NCBI GenBank assembly: GCA_023429135.1
Contig: JAEYWD010000057.1
Span: 81,261 to 145,260, forward strand
DNA: 64,000 bases
Direction: 5' to 3'
Origin: Bacteroidota bacterium
Lineage (GTDB): Bacteria > Bacteroidota > Bacteroidia > Bacteroidales > JAAUTT01
The position numbers were made by a program, and so were the translations under genes. Position 1 is the first letter of the stretch. Each line of letters begins with the position of its first letter. Positions 28,001-36,568 of this stretch are shown here, piece after piece. A model generated the notes under the pieces. That model searched no databases and was not told the DNA's origin. It saw only the letters and a program-made list of their open reading frames with translations.

Positions 28001-28859
28001 CCAGGAAAGTTTACTATATAAAGGAAAAGCTACCATTAAAAATGGAGAATATGAATTCTCATTTGTTGTACCCCGCGAAATAGCCTATAACTTTGGATTC
28101 GGAAGATTGTCGTATTATGCAACCGATGCTAACACAGATGCTTCAGGCTATTTCAGCAATTTCATAATCGGAGGAATTTCTGCCGAAACCAATACCGACA
28201 ATGAAGGCCCTGCTATTAATTTATACCTGAACGATAAGACATTTGTAAATGGAGGACTTGCCAACCAATACCCAACTTTATTGGCAGATTTAAGCGACGA
28301 TCATGGTATTAACATTTCCGGTTCGAGCATTGGACATAATATTATTGGAATACTAGATAATAATACAGCAAGCGCAATTACACTCAACACTTATTTCGAA
28401 TCGGAAATTGATAATTATAAAAAAGGATCTATCGCCTACAGCTTGCCAAAAATGAATCCGGGAAAACACACTTTGAGCCTGAAAGCCTGGGATATATTTA
28501 ATAATTCGTCGATTGCTGAAATTTCTTTTGAAGTTACCGATTCATCAGGCCTTCAGATCAAAAATGTGCGTAATTATCCTAATCCTTTTTCAGGAACTAC
28601 AACTTTCAGTTTTGAACATAACCAACCAGGAAAATCGTTGGATACGGAGTTACAGATTTACAGTATTACCGGCAACCTCATCAACAGTGAAAGAATGATT
28701 ATATCAAGCGACGGATTCACCTCCGGCCCAATACTTTGGGATGGGAGAAATACATTTTTTAAAAAACCCGAAAGAGGCATATACATATATCGTTTCCTTT
28801 TCCGTTATAATGGAGATGAAATAATTTCGGAGTCCAAAAAGATGATAGTAAGTGAATAG
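25044..28859 (+). CDS. porU: T9SS C-terminal signal peptidase/sortase PorU (gingipain-like C25 peptidase)
   Basis: 1271-aa ORF with a signal peptide, a C25-like catalytic His (NYTGHGGEDG) and Cys (FVTATCEFSRFD), and its own CTD-like end (NYPNPFSG...YIYRF). It lies immediately upstream of porV. Confidence 0.85.
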   Translation: MRFFSKIPFLILLTANSFISFAFSSDTLKYTINWFSPSPSWLPSDSGKGKILLNFENARYNLKGIPLFISTLPVDNNCSEVQLEALSLTYDTIVNTENISNLNDFPEEFAFSADVLQEGKRNFAQISVIPAIRKNNRLILLKGFSFGFSQIKHLSTKKSYTDRWESLSVLNLGAWKKIAVTQTGVYKITFAEIKSLGITNPSDIRIFGNGGNMLPEKFNESGTDDLVEIPVFLYKGADGVFNEGDFVLFFATGPVTWEYNTTNKRFVHSKHQYTGKIFYFVTSGTSGAKIPAAAAIDKTEDFSVNSFVDYNVHEENLYNLIRSGRNWYGEKFEMQSSKNFNFTFPDPVENSNLTIEAEVLARSETNTGFVARYNNQTLVSQIMGRVYTNDETSNYADARTFTANGAIAGKDVVISLNFDNKGDNSAMGWLNYLRINAKRKLKYNNDQLLFRDTTALFQSKTALYTIENASSDLMLWDVSNLNSVKIINYNLSGQQISFKAQTDTLRNYVLFNPSKTLTPDFLKDEDNSVANQNLHSLSNIQMVIIAHPSFLTEAEELAEIHRTNDHLSVITVTPDQIYNEFSSGNPDPAAYRNFMKMLYDKAASPEEMPKYLLLFGDGSYKNFNTPDSKEVNTNLILTYQSSNSLRPVSSYVSDDYFGLLDDNESIEMGLLDIGIGRFPVTTSQQAKAVLNKIKRYISANAAGNWRNDICFIADDEDGNVHMSQADQLSTYLNTNYPFFNSKKIYSDSYPQVTTSAGPRYPEVNKAIENTLKQGVLIMNYTGHGGEDGLAHEQILRQAEVKSWNNIIYPLFVTATCEFSRFDDYKRITAGEDVLLNENGGGIALLTTTRLVYSGPNFILNQEFYRNFAEKDNNGNPLRLGDILKRTKNASGTDINKLCFTLLGDPALQLAYPKMNIKTTHINSKDINGSLDTLKAYKEITIKGLVTDHIGNLSSGFNGVIYPSLFDKKQVVKTLNNDNGTPFIYEHQESLLYKGKATIKNGEYEFSFVVPREIAYNFGFGRLSYYATDANTDASGYFSNFIIGGISAETNTDNEGPAINLYLNDKTFVNGGLANQYPTLLADLSDDHGINISGSSIGHNIIGILDNNTASAITLNTYFESEIDNYKKGSIAYSLPKMNPGKHTLSLKAWDIFNNSSIAEISFEVTDSSGLQIKNVRNYPNPFSGTTTFSFEHNQPGKSLDTELQIYSITGNLINSERMIISSDGFTSGPILWDGRNTFFKKPERGIYIYRFLFRYNGDEIISESKKMIVSE

Positions 28860-28896
28860 AACTAATTCCTATATTTGTACAAAAATTTTCAATAAG

Positions 28897-30126
28897 ATGG
28901 TCATAACTAACAGGCTTGCCGCAGTCATTCTATTCGTTGTTTTTACTGTTAAAGCGATTGCACAGCCAATTAATCCCGGTCAATTGGGTGGTAAGGAATA
29001 CGATTTGGGCAAATGGCCCAACCCGGTTGAAAGCGCTGTTCCTTTTCTCACTATTGCTCCAGATTCGAGATCGGGCGGTATGGGCGATGTTGGTGCAGCA
29101 ACTTCCCCCGACATCAACTCTATGCATTGGAACCCGGCAAAGTATGCTTTTATTGAAAATGAAGGCGGAGTCTGCATTTCGTATTCTCCATGGCTAAGAA
29201 ATCTTGTTGGAGATATTGATCTCGCGTACCTCTCGGCTTACAAAAGAATAGACCGCCAGCAGGTTATTGCTGCATCTTTGCTTTATTTTTCGTTAGGTGA
29301 AATTGACTTTACCGACGACAACGGACAATTGATCCGTCCCGGAAAACCCAACGAATTTGCAATCGACGTGGCTTATTCCAGAATTTTTGGCGAACACCTC
29401 AGCGGTGGAATTGCATTCCGTTATATCCGATCTGATCTTTCCACAGGGCTTTCCGTTAGTGGCATAGACACCAAAGCTGGTCAGGCTTTTGCATCCGATG
29501 TATCTGTTTATTACAATACCAAACTGAAATTATGGGATAGAGATTCAAAACTTGCTTTTGGATTAAACATATCCAATATGGGTAACAAAATTTCCTATAC
29601 TAGTGATCTCGATAAAGATTTTATTCCCATAAACATGCGTCTGGGTGGAGCATTTACCTACGATTTCGATGCTTACAACTCTATCACCCTTGCGGCAGAC
29701 ATTAACAAACTCCTTGTTCCTACCCGCCCGGTATACTGGACCGATATCAACGGAAAAGACTCTACAGTAAACGATAAAAAAGTAATCAGATTCGGTAAAG
29801 ATCCAAACGTTCCGGTAGTTAAAGGCATGTTTCAATCATTTTATGATTCTCCCGGTGGTTTCGAAGAGGAATTGAGAGAAATCACTTATTCTTTTGGTCT
29901 GGAATATTGGTACAGAAAACAATTTGCCATTCGTGGCGGATATTTCCATGAAAATGAATACAAGGGTAACCGCAAATTTTTCACTATGGGCGTAGGATTA
30001 AAACTAAACGTGCTGGGGCTGGATTTCTCTTACCTTATCCCAACATACGCGCATCATCCGCTGGCAAACACCTTGCGCTTCTCAATTTCATTCGATTTCG
30101 ACGCATTCAGAAAATTAAAGAAATAA
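28897..30126 (+). CDS. porV: T9SS outer-membrane shuttle protein PorV (LptO)
   Basis: I chose the ATG at 28897 (MVITNRLAAVILFVV; the ORF opens at 28852). It has the PorV-typical block VPFLTIAPDSRSGGMGDVGAATSPD..S..WNPAKYAF, a FadL-like barrel and a terminal F-rich strand. Confidence 0.85.
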   Translation: MVITNRLAAVILFVVFTVKAIAQPINPGQLGGKEYDLGKWPNPVESAVPFLTIAPDSRSGGMGDVGAATSPDINSMHWNPAKYAFIENEGGVCISYSPWLRNLVGDIDLAYLSAYKRIDRQQVIAASLLYFSLGEIDFTDDNGQLIRPGKPNEFAIDVAYSRIFGEHLSGGIAFRYIRSDLSTGLSVSGIDTKAGQAFASDVSVYYNTKLKLWDRDSKLAFGLNISNMGNKISYTSDLDKDFIPINMRLGGAFTYDFDAYNSITLAADINKLLVPTRPVYWTDINGKDSTVNDKKVIRFGKDPNVPVVKGMFQSFYDSPGGFEEELREITYSFGLEYWYRKQFAIRGGYFHENEYKGNRKFFTMGVGLKLNVLGLDFSYLIPTYAHHPLANTLRFSISFDFDAFRKLKK

Positions 30127-30130
30127 TCCT

Positions 30131-30604
30131 GTGAGAATAGGTTTTGGTTACGATGTTCACCCGCTTAAGGATGGACTTACTTTTACATTGGGAGGTATTG
30201 TTATTCCTCACACCAAAGGCGCACAAGGGCATTCGGATGCAGATACGCTTATTCATGCTATTTGCGATGCGCTTCTTGGAGCAGCAAACCTGGGTGATAT
30301 CGGCTTGCATTTCCCTGACACATCTGGAGAATTCAAAGGTATCGACAGTAAAATACTTTTGAGAAGGACCATGGAACTCATCAAGCAAAAGGGCTATAAA
30401 GTAGGAAATATTGACACAACGGTTTGTCTTCAGAAACCTAAAATTAGACCCCACATTGCAGAAATGGTTAAAGTTCTGGCCGAAACCATGCAAATTCCTG
30501 CCGAAGATATTTCAATTAAAGCTACAACTACCGAAAAACTTGGCTTTGTGGGACGTGAAGAAGGTGTTACAGCCTACGCTGTGGCCTTAATTGAAAAGGT
30601 TTAG
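30131..30604 (+). CDS. ispF: 2-C-methyl-D-erythritol 2,4-cyclodiphosphate synthase
   Basis: 157-aa ORF with a GTG start. MRIGFGYDVHPL...GHSDADTLIHAICDALLGA is the IspF zinc/substrate motif. Confidence 0.95.
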   Translation: MRIGFGYDVHPLKDGLTFTLGGIVIPHTKGAQGHSDADTLIHAICDALLGAANLGDIGLHFPDTSGEFKGIDSKILLRRTMELIKQKGYKVGNIDTTVCLQKPKIRPHIAEMVKVLAETMQIPAEDISIKATTTEKLGFVGREEGVTAYAVALIEKV

Positions 30605-30624
30605 CCACCAGTATAAAGGAAAAG

Positions 30625-31065
30625 TTAAGGCTTTGTAAGAACTGCGTTGTAATTTTCTTTGCCACCTCCATCATCCACTGAATATTTCAGGGTTATCTTC
30701 TCGTAATCGGTGGTTATGGTTCCCGATCCGCTAATAGTAAATCCACTTATAGTTTGACTGGAAATTGTCATAGAAGTACCCGAGACACTTGCCTTCACTG
30801 CAAAGTTTTCACCTAGGTGGTTGAAATTATAGATCTTCACCCCAGATAGACTTATATCATCTTTAACAATTTCCACAAGAAAATTATCTACAATGTTGCT
30901 GGCATCAGTCTCCTGGCATTTCCAGGTATCGATAATATTATCGCGGGGAGAAAGGCTGTCGGTTAATTCCTCGCATGAAGCAACAAGTACTATAGCACAA
31001 ATAAATAATACACGGCTGATTACAGTAATTCTGTCTGTAATACTCTTCTTTTTCATATTAAACAA
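30625..31065 (-). CDS. Hypothetical lipoprotein (lipocalin-like beta protein)
   Basis: 146-aa ORF with a lipobox (LVASC). The rest is beta-rich, and I recognise no family motif. Confidence 0.5.
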   Translation of the reverse strand: MFNMKKKSITDRITVISRVLFICAIVLVASCEELTDSLSPRDNIIDTWKCQETDASNIVDNFLVEIVKDDISLSGVKIYNFNHLGENFAVKASVSGTSMTISSQTISGFTISGSGTITTDYEKITLKYSVDDGGGKENYNAVLTKP

Positions 31066-31149
31066 AGGTTAAATAATGGTGTTAAGATAAAAATAAATGT
31101 TTTAATTCGCTGTAAATAGTAAATTTGTTTGTTTTAAATTTCTAAACCT

Positions 31150-31740
31150 ATGAAAAAAAGCTGGATTATTTTAGGAGTCGTTATACTCTTTGTTATTATT
31201 ACTTATGTTAGCTTAAAGAATGGATACAATAAAATGGTTGCACTCGACGAGCAGGTAAAAGCTCAGTGGGCTCAGGTTGAAAACGTTTACCAGCGCCGTG
31301 CTGACCTCATTCCTAACCTGGTTTCGACTGTAAAAGGTGCTGCCGATTTCGAAAAAACGACGCTTACACAGGTGATTGAAGCCCGTGCCAAAGCAACACA
31401 GGTAAAAATTGATGCCAGTAACCTCAATGAGCAAACCATGCGTCAGTTCCAGGAATCACAGGGAGCATTAACTCAGGCTCTCAGTCGTTTAATGGTGGTG
31501 TCGGAACAATATCCCAATTTAAAAGCCAATCAAAATTTCCTCGATCTGCAGGCTCAGCTCGAAGGTTCCGAAAACCGGATTACCACCGAACGCCGCACCT
31601 ACAACGAGGTAGTCCAAAATTACAACACCACCATCAGAAGTTTTCCGAAAAATATTTTTGCCGGCATGTTTGGATTTCAGCCAAGACCGAATTTCACTGC
31701 TGAAGCTGGTGCTGATAAGGCTCCTGAAGTTAAGTTTTAA
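31150..31740 (+). CDS. LemA family protein
   Basis: 196-aa ORF with an N-terminal TM and LemA blocks (QWAQVENVYQRRADLIPNLV, YPNLKANQNF..LQ.QLEGSENRI...R..YN). Confidence 0.9.
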   Translation: MKKSWIILGVVILFVIITYVSLKNGYNKMVALDEQVKAQWAQVENVYQRRADLIPNLVSTVKGAADFEKTTLTQVIEARAKATQVKIDASNLNEQTMRQFQESQGALTQALSRLMVVSEQYPNLKANQNFLDLQAQLEGSENRITTERRTYNEVVQNYNTTIRSFPKNIFAGMFGFQPRPNFTAEAGADKAPEVKF

Positions 31741-31743
31741 CCT

Positions 31744-32175
31744 ATGAGTGCATCAAAATTTCTATCTAAAGAAGAGGAGAAGACAATTGTCAACGCCATT
31801 GAAGATGCCGAAATGTGTTCTTCGGGCGAGATAAGAGTCCATATCGAAGAACATTGTAAGGTTGACCCTCTCGACAGGGCAGCCTTTATTTTCGCTAAAC
31901 TTAAAATGCATAAAACTGAGTTACGCAATGGCGTGCTGTTTTACATCGCTCATAAAGATCACAAACTGGCAATTCTGGGCGATGCAGGTATCAATTCGGT
32001 TGTTCCCGAAAATTTTTGGAACGACATTAAAGAAACCATGATACCACTCTTTAAGGAAGGTAAATATGTTGACGGAATTTGCGAAGGAGTGCGAATGGCA
32101 GGCGAAAAGCTAAAAGCATTTTTCCCTTATCAAAACAACGATAAAAACGAATTACCCAATGAAATTTCTTATTAA
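31744..32175 (+). CDS. TPM domain-containing protein (cytoplasmic type)
   Basis: 143-aa ORF with the pattern AE..SSGEIRVHIE...NGVLFYIA..DHKLAILGDAGI typical of TPM/DUF477 phosphatase-like domains that follow lemA. Confidence 0.7.
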   Translation: MSASKFLSKEEEKTIVNAIEDAEMCSSGEIRVHIEEHCKVDPLDRAAFIFAKLKMHKTELRNGVLFYIAHKDHKLAILGDAGINSVVPENFWNDIKETMIPLFKEGKYVDGICEGVRMAGEKLKAFFPYQNNDKNELPNEISY

Positions 32176-32941
32176 GCTTTTTCTGCTGTTTGTATTAAGC
32201 ATAGCTGTTCAGGCGCAGGACTTCCCCGATCCAATGAGCCCTCCCCGACTGGTAAACGATTTTGCATCCATGTTTACTCCCGAGGAACAAGGACAACTGG
32301 AACGTATGCTTGTAAATTATACCGACACAACTTCAACTGAAATTGCTGTGGTTACTGTACCTTCGCTCAATGGCTACGAAATAAACGATTATACAACCCG
32401 TCTGTTTAATAAATGGGGAATAGGCGGCTCCAAAAATAACAATGGAGTTCTGATACTTATTAAACCGAAAACTGCCGAAGAAAAAGGGCAGGCTTACATT
32501 GCTCCCGGCTACGGTATGGAAGGTGTATTGCCCGATGTTCTTTGCAATCGCATTGTAGACAATGAAATGGTTCCCCGCCTTAAAGACGGGCGTAATGCCG
32601 AAGCAGTTGCAGCCGCTGTAAACATCATGTTCAACGTGGCGAAAGGCTCTTATACTGCCGACCAGTACATGAAAAAAACCAGTGGGAAAAAGAAAAAAGA
32701 CAACAGTCTTGTTCCAATCATTATCATATTTGCGATAGTACTAATCATTTCAGCTTTTGGTGGTCGTGGCGGTGGCCGTAATCTGGGTTCGAAAGGAGAA
32801 CTTCCATTATGGATCCTGTTAAGTCTTTTGAATTCGGCTGGCGGAAGGGGCTCTTTTGGAGGCTTCAGCTCAGGTGGAGGCGGTTTCGGTGGCTTTGGAG
32901 GAGGCCGTTCAGGCGGAGGCGGCGCTGGTGGAAGCTGGTAA
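32159..32941 (+). CDS. TPM domain-containing membrane protein with a Gly-rich C-terminal tail
   Basis: 260-aa ORF with a signal peptide, a TPM domain (TSTEIAVVTVPSLNGYEI...NNGVLILI), a TM segment and a GGRGSFGGFSSGGGGFGGFGGGRSGGGGAGGSW tail. It overlaps the upstream gene by 17 nt. Confidence 0.75.
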   Translation: MKFLIKLFLLFVLSIAVQAQDFPDPMSPPRLVNDFASMFTPEEQGQLERMLVNYTDTTSTEIAVVTVPSLNGYEINDYTTRLFNKWGIGGSKNNNGVLILIKPKTAEEKGQAYIAPGYGMEGVLPDVLCNRIVDNEMVPRLKDGRNAEAVAAAVNIMFNVAKGSYTADQYMKKTSGKKKKDNSLVPIIIIFAIVLIISAFGGRGGGRNLGSKGELPLWILLSLLNSAGGRGSFGGFSSGGGGFGGFGGGRSGGGGAGGSW

Positions 32942-33046
32942 TTTAGTCGTAAGTAGTAAGTAGTAAGATAAAATTGAGTATCAGGGAATGAAAATCTGTT
33001 CGTGACCTGATACTTAATTCACGATAAATCATCAAATTATTCCGGA

Positions 33047-34174
33047 ATGTATAAAAAGCTTATTCTTTATCTTTCGTTTTCGTTTTATCTTATAGCAAGT
33101 AACTGCACGGTTGCTCAGCAGGTTACTAATCCAGATACCGCTATTCTGCCGCGTATTGATACCACTGAAATCACCCTGCTTTTTGCCGGCGATGTGATGG
33201 GCCACATGCCTCAGATCAATTCAGCTTACGATTCCTCCAGCGGAACATACGATTTCAATCCTGTTTTCAGCGAAGTCAGTCCTGTTATTTCCAAAGCAGA
33301 TATTGCCCTTGCCAACCTGGAAACTACCCTTGCCGGAAAACCATATTCAGGATATCCGCAATTCTCAGCACCCGATTCATTAGCTACTGCTCTTAAAAAT
33401 GTAGGATTCGACATCCTTATCAATGCCAACAACCATTGTCTCGACCGAGGCAAAGAGGGTCTTGAAAGAACAATCGCTGTGCTCGACTCCTTCAGGATTC
33501 CGAATACAGGAACTTTTATTGATGAAAACGCACGAACCATAAGATACCCGCTCGTATACGAGGCAAAAGGCTTCAGAATTGCTTTCCTCAATTGCACCTA
33601 TGGCACCAATGGCATTCCGGTATCAAAACCTAATGTTGTCAATTTTATTGATACCATTCAGTTAAAGCAGGATATAGCCAAAGCAAAGCAGACGAATGTC
33701 GACTATACTATTGTGACCATACACTGGGGTCTCGAATACGAAAGAACCGAAAATGCAGGCCAAAGAAAAATTGCAGCATTTTTACTCCGAAACGGAGCTG
33801 ATATGGTTATCGGGTCACATCCTCACGTGGTACAGCCGGTAATTAAATATTATACTTCGTCCGACAGCAGTAACTATAATGTTGTGGTTTACTCGCTCGG
33901 CAATTATGTATCGAACCAACGTGACAGGTATAAAGATGGCGGAATTATGTTCCATGCTACTTTGCAAAAAACTGATAGAATAAAGCTCAAAGAAATATCG
34001 TACACTCCTGTGTGGGTTTTTAAGGGAAATATCGATAATAAGCTACAATATAAAATCTTACCTGTGAGCACCCCATTGCCCGAATATAACTTTCTTGATT
34101 CGGCGAGCCGGGCCAAAGCCGTTGAATTCCGTAAAGATACAGAAACATTGCTTCAAGGTATTCCTGTAAAATAA
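33047..34174 (+). CDS. CapA family protein (metallophosphoesterase-like)
   Basis: 375-aa ORF with CapA blocks (LLFAGDVMGH, ANLET, NANNHCLD, HWGLEY, GSHPHVVQP). Confidence 0.8.
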   Translation: MYKKLILYLSFSFYLIASNCTVAQQVTNPDTAILPRIDTTEITLLFAGDVMGHMPQINSAYDSSSGTYDFNPVFSEVSPVISKADIALANLETTLAGKPYSGYPQFSAPDSLATALKNVGFDILINANNHCLDRGKEGLERTIAVLDSFRIPNTGTFIDENARTIRYPLVYEAKGFRIAFLNCTYGTNGIPVSKPNVVNFIDTIQLKQDIAKAKQTNVDYTIVTIHWGLEYERTENAGQRKIAAFLLRNGADMVIGSHPHVVQPVIKYYTSSDSSNYNVVVYSLGNYVSNQRDRYKDGGIMFHATLQKTDRIKLKEISYTPVWVFKGNIDNKLQYKILPVSTPLPEYNFLDSASRAKAVEFRKDTETLLQGIPVK

Positions 34175-34226
34175 TGGTTTGTTTTACAACAGACTATTAG
34201 AGACCTTGTTTCCAGATAGATAAAAT

Positions 34227-34255
34227 AAAAAGGGTGCCAGAATCAGCACCCTTTT
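34227..34255. terminator. Bidirectional intrinsic terminator between convergent genes
   Basis: AAAAGGGTGC-CAGAATCA-GCACCCTTTT forms a perfect 10-bp stem with T/A runs on both sides. Confidence 0.6.
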
Positions 34256-34278
34256 CAGCATTATTATTATGAATAAAA

Positions 34279-35034
34279 CTAACCCTCAATTTCGTCGACC
34301 AGAATACGGCCGCAATATTCGCAAACAATAATTTTCTTGCGCGATTTGATATCGAGCTGGCGTTGTGGCGGAATTTTGTTAAAGCACCCACCGCAGGCAT
34401 CGCGCTGAACAGTAACCACAGCCAAACCATTGCGGGCATTTACACGGATTCTTTTATACGCATTTAACAGGCGCGGCTCTATAATAACTTCGTATTCGTG
34501 AGCTTTACGATTAAGCGAATCTTCTTCTTTTTGAGTATCGGCAATAATTTCTTCGAGTTCCTTGGTTTTATTAGCCAAATCGTTCTTTCTTTCTTCGAGA
34601 AGCTTTTTAGCCTGATCGATCATATTTTTCTTCTCGTTCATCTGAGCTGTAAACTCACGGATACGTTTTTCCGAAAGTTCGATCTCCAAGGTCTGGAACT
34701 CAATTTCCTTTGCAAGAGAATCGAATTCGCGGTTATTACGAACATTATTCTGTTGCTCGGTATATTTTTTAATTAACCCGTTGGAGTTACCTATTTCGTT
34801 TTTCTTGTTACCAACTGCAGTTTCCAGCGTTTTAATTTCTTCCTGATGGTTTTTGATGCGGGTTTCCAAACCAACTATTTCGTCTTCGAGATCCTGAACT
34901 TCCAAAGGCAATTCCCCACGTAAGATTTTAATCTTGTCAATTCCCGAATGAACCTTTTGCAGGTAATATAATGCTTTAAGTTTATCCTCTATCGATATTT
35001 CGCTTTCAGTTGCTTTACTTTTTTCAGACACCAT
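34279..35034 (-). CDS. C4-type zinc-ribbon coiled-coil protein (COG1579-like)
   Basis: 251-aa ORF with a long coiled coil and then CGGC...CEYCGRIL zinc-ribbon cysteines. It sits directly downstream of a Nif3 gene, a widely conserved pairing. Confidence 0.8.
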   Translation of the reverse strand: MVSEKSKATESEISIEDKLKALYYLQKVHSGIDKIKILRGELPLEVQDLEDEIVGLETRIKNHQEEIKTLETAVGNKKNEIGNSNGLIKKYTEQQNNVRNNREFDSLAKEIEFQTLEIELSEKRIREFTAQMNEKKNMIDQAKKLLEERKNDLANKTKELEEIIADTQKEEDSLNRKAHEYEVIIEPRLLNAYKRIRVNARNGLAVVTVQRDACGGCFNKIPPQRQLDIKSRKKIIVCEYCGRILVDEIEG

Positions 35035-35036
35035 AT

Positions 35037-36134
35037 TTAAAAATAGTTTATTGGATTGGTATTTACTTTCGTAAAATAGACCGCAAATTTAGAGAAATTT
35101 TTTAATAGTATCTCATAAAAAACTTCAAGAATAAATTGTTCGCTCTCGTAATGCCCGATATCGGCGATAATTATTTTATCTTCGGCCTCCGAAAACTGGT
35201 GATATTTAAAATCTGCGGTTATATAAATATCTGCTTTACTTCTAATTGCGTGTTTTAAGAAACTATATCCACTGCCCCCACAAAGAGCCACTTTTTTTAT
35301 TTTTTTATTAAGCAGTCGGGTATGCCGAATTGCCTGACAAGCAAAAGTTTCCTTAACTTCTGCTAAAAAAGACTCTTCGTCCGTTTCTTTTAAGAGATAA
35401 CCAACAATCCCTGCTCCGGTGAGTGGATTAGGATTTGTGATGGGATAAAGGTCGTAGGCCACCTCCTCGTAAGGATGAGCCTTTAGCATTGCCTGTACTA
35501 CAGCTCCCTCAAGATGCTTTGGTAAAACAGTTTCAAAACGTATTTCCTGCTCTTTATGAAGTCTATTAATTTCTCCAACAAATGGATCAGCTCCTTCCTG
35601 TGCCTTAAATGTACCTTCGCCTGATATATTGAAACTGCACGAATTGTAATTCCCTATTGAACCAGCCCCGGCATCGAAAATTGCATTCTGAACTGCTTCA
35701 ACGTGCGACAGGGGAATAAATGTGACCAGCTTCAGCAACTGACCCTGATAAGTAACCAATGGTGCAATATCGTTTAGCTTTAGCTTTTCGGCCATTTTAA
35801 AGCTTACACCCTTATGATTGTTGTCGATATTGGTATGAGCAGTTAAAACAGCTATCTCATTCTGAATACATTTTATAATAGCCCTTTCAACAGAAGTTTT
35901 GCCGGTAATAGATTTAATTCCTCCGAATATTAAGGGATGATGACACACTATAATATTTGCACCAAGCATGATTGCTTCGTCAACAACAACTTCGGTAATG
36001 TCCAATGATAACAATACTCCGGAAATCTCATGGTCTGCTTTTCCAATCAGCAGTCCTGAATTGTCATAACTTTCCTGATATTGAACGGGAGCGAATTTCT
36101 CGAAAACTTCAACTACTTCTCTTACTTTGTGCAT
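35037..36134 (-). CDS. Nif3-like dinuclear metal centre protein
   Basis: 365-aa ORF with the Nif3 motifs NIIVCHHPLIF and the C-terminal TADFKYHQF...GHYESE, plus a central inserted domain. Confidence 0.9.
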   Translation of the reverse strand: MHKVREVVEVFEKFAPVQYQESYDNSGLLIGKADHEISGVLLSLDITEVVVDEAIMLGANIIVCHHPLIFGGIKSITGKTSVERAIIKCIQNEIAVLTAHTNIDNNHKGVSFKMAEKLKLNDIAPLVTYQGQLLKLVTFIPLSHVEAVQNAIFDAGAGSIGNYNSCSFNISGEGTFKAQEGADPFVGEINRLHKEQEIRFETVLPKHLEGAVVQAMLKAHPYEEVAYDLYPITNPNPLTGAGIVGYLLKETDEESFLAEVKETFACQAIRHTRLLNKKIKKVALCGGSGYSFLKHAIRSKADIYITADFKYHQFSEAEDKIIIADIGHYESEQFILEVFYEILLKNFSKFAVYFTKVNTNPINYF

Positions 36135-36179
36135 CGGTTTTTGTCACAAAATTAAGAAGAAATTCACGATGAGAAAAGA

Positions 36180-36521
36180 TTATCCTTCAAGGCTATCTTT
36201 TAACTCCAGCAGCAGTTTTTTAATTTCCTGAAGATTTTTAACTACTTCAAAGTTATTTACGCTATCACTTTTATTTTCTTTAATTTTCATCTGAGCGCCC
36301 TTCAGCGTCATTCCTCTTTCTTTAACGTAATGAAAAATCAGATGAAAATTTTCAATGTCTTCTTTAGTAAAAAATCTGTTCCCTTTTTTATTCTTCTTGG
36401 GTTTAATAATATCAAACTCTTTTTCCCAAAAGCGAATTAGCGAAGGCTTAACATTAAACATTTCAGCTACTTCACCGATGGAATAATAAAGTTTTTCTAC
36501 TTTTTTTTCTTTATAAGGCAT
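36180..36521 (-). CDS. MerR family transcriptional regulator
   Basis: 113-aa ORF. YYSIGEVAEMFNVKPSLIRFWEKEF is the MerR-type HTH. Confidence 0.8.
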   Translation of the reverse strand: MPYKEKKVEKLYYSIGEVAEMFNVKPSLIRFWEKEFDIIKPKKNKKGNRFFTKEDIENFHLIFHYVKERGMTLKGAQMKIKENKSDSVNNFEVVKNLQEIKKLLLELKDSLEG

Positions 36522-36568
36522 AAAGCTTAACGTTACTATTTTTTTTAATTACAAATAACAGGTTAAAT

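Noticed and set aside
32830-32941. GGN-rich repetitive DNA at the 3' end of the TPM gene
   Set aside because: It is the coding sequence for a glycine-rich protein tail, not a non-coding repeat or a CRISPR-like array.
32949-32967. GTAAGTA heptamer microsatellite (about 2.7 copies) just after the TPM gene stop
   Set aside because: It is too short for a functional repeat call. It places stop codons in all frames and is probably incidental, with no comparable copies elsewhere in the window.
32978-33013. GTATCAGG...CCTGATAC hairpin (8-bp stem, 20-nt loop) after the TPM operon
   Set aside because: It is a possible weak terminator, but it lacks a T-run and has a large loop. I did not consider it strong enough to list as a feature.
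34279-36134. Nif3 / zinc-ribbon coiled-coil gene pair as a candidate novel system
   Set aside because: This pairing is widely conserved across bacteria and already recognised. Nothing about this copy is unusual.
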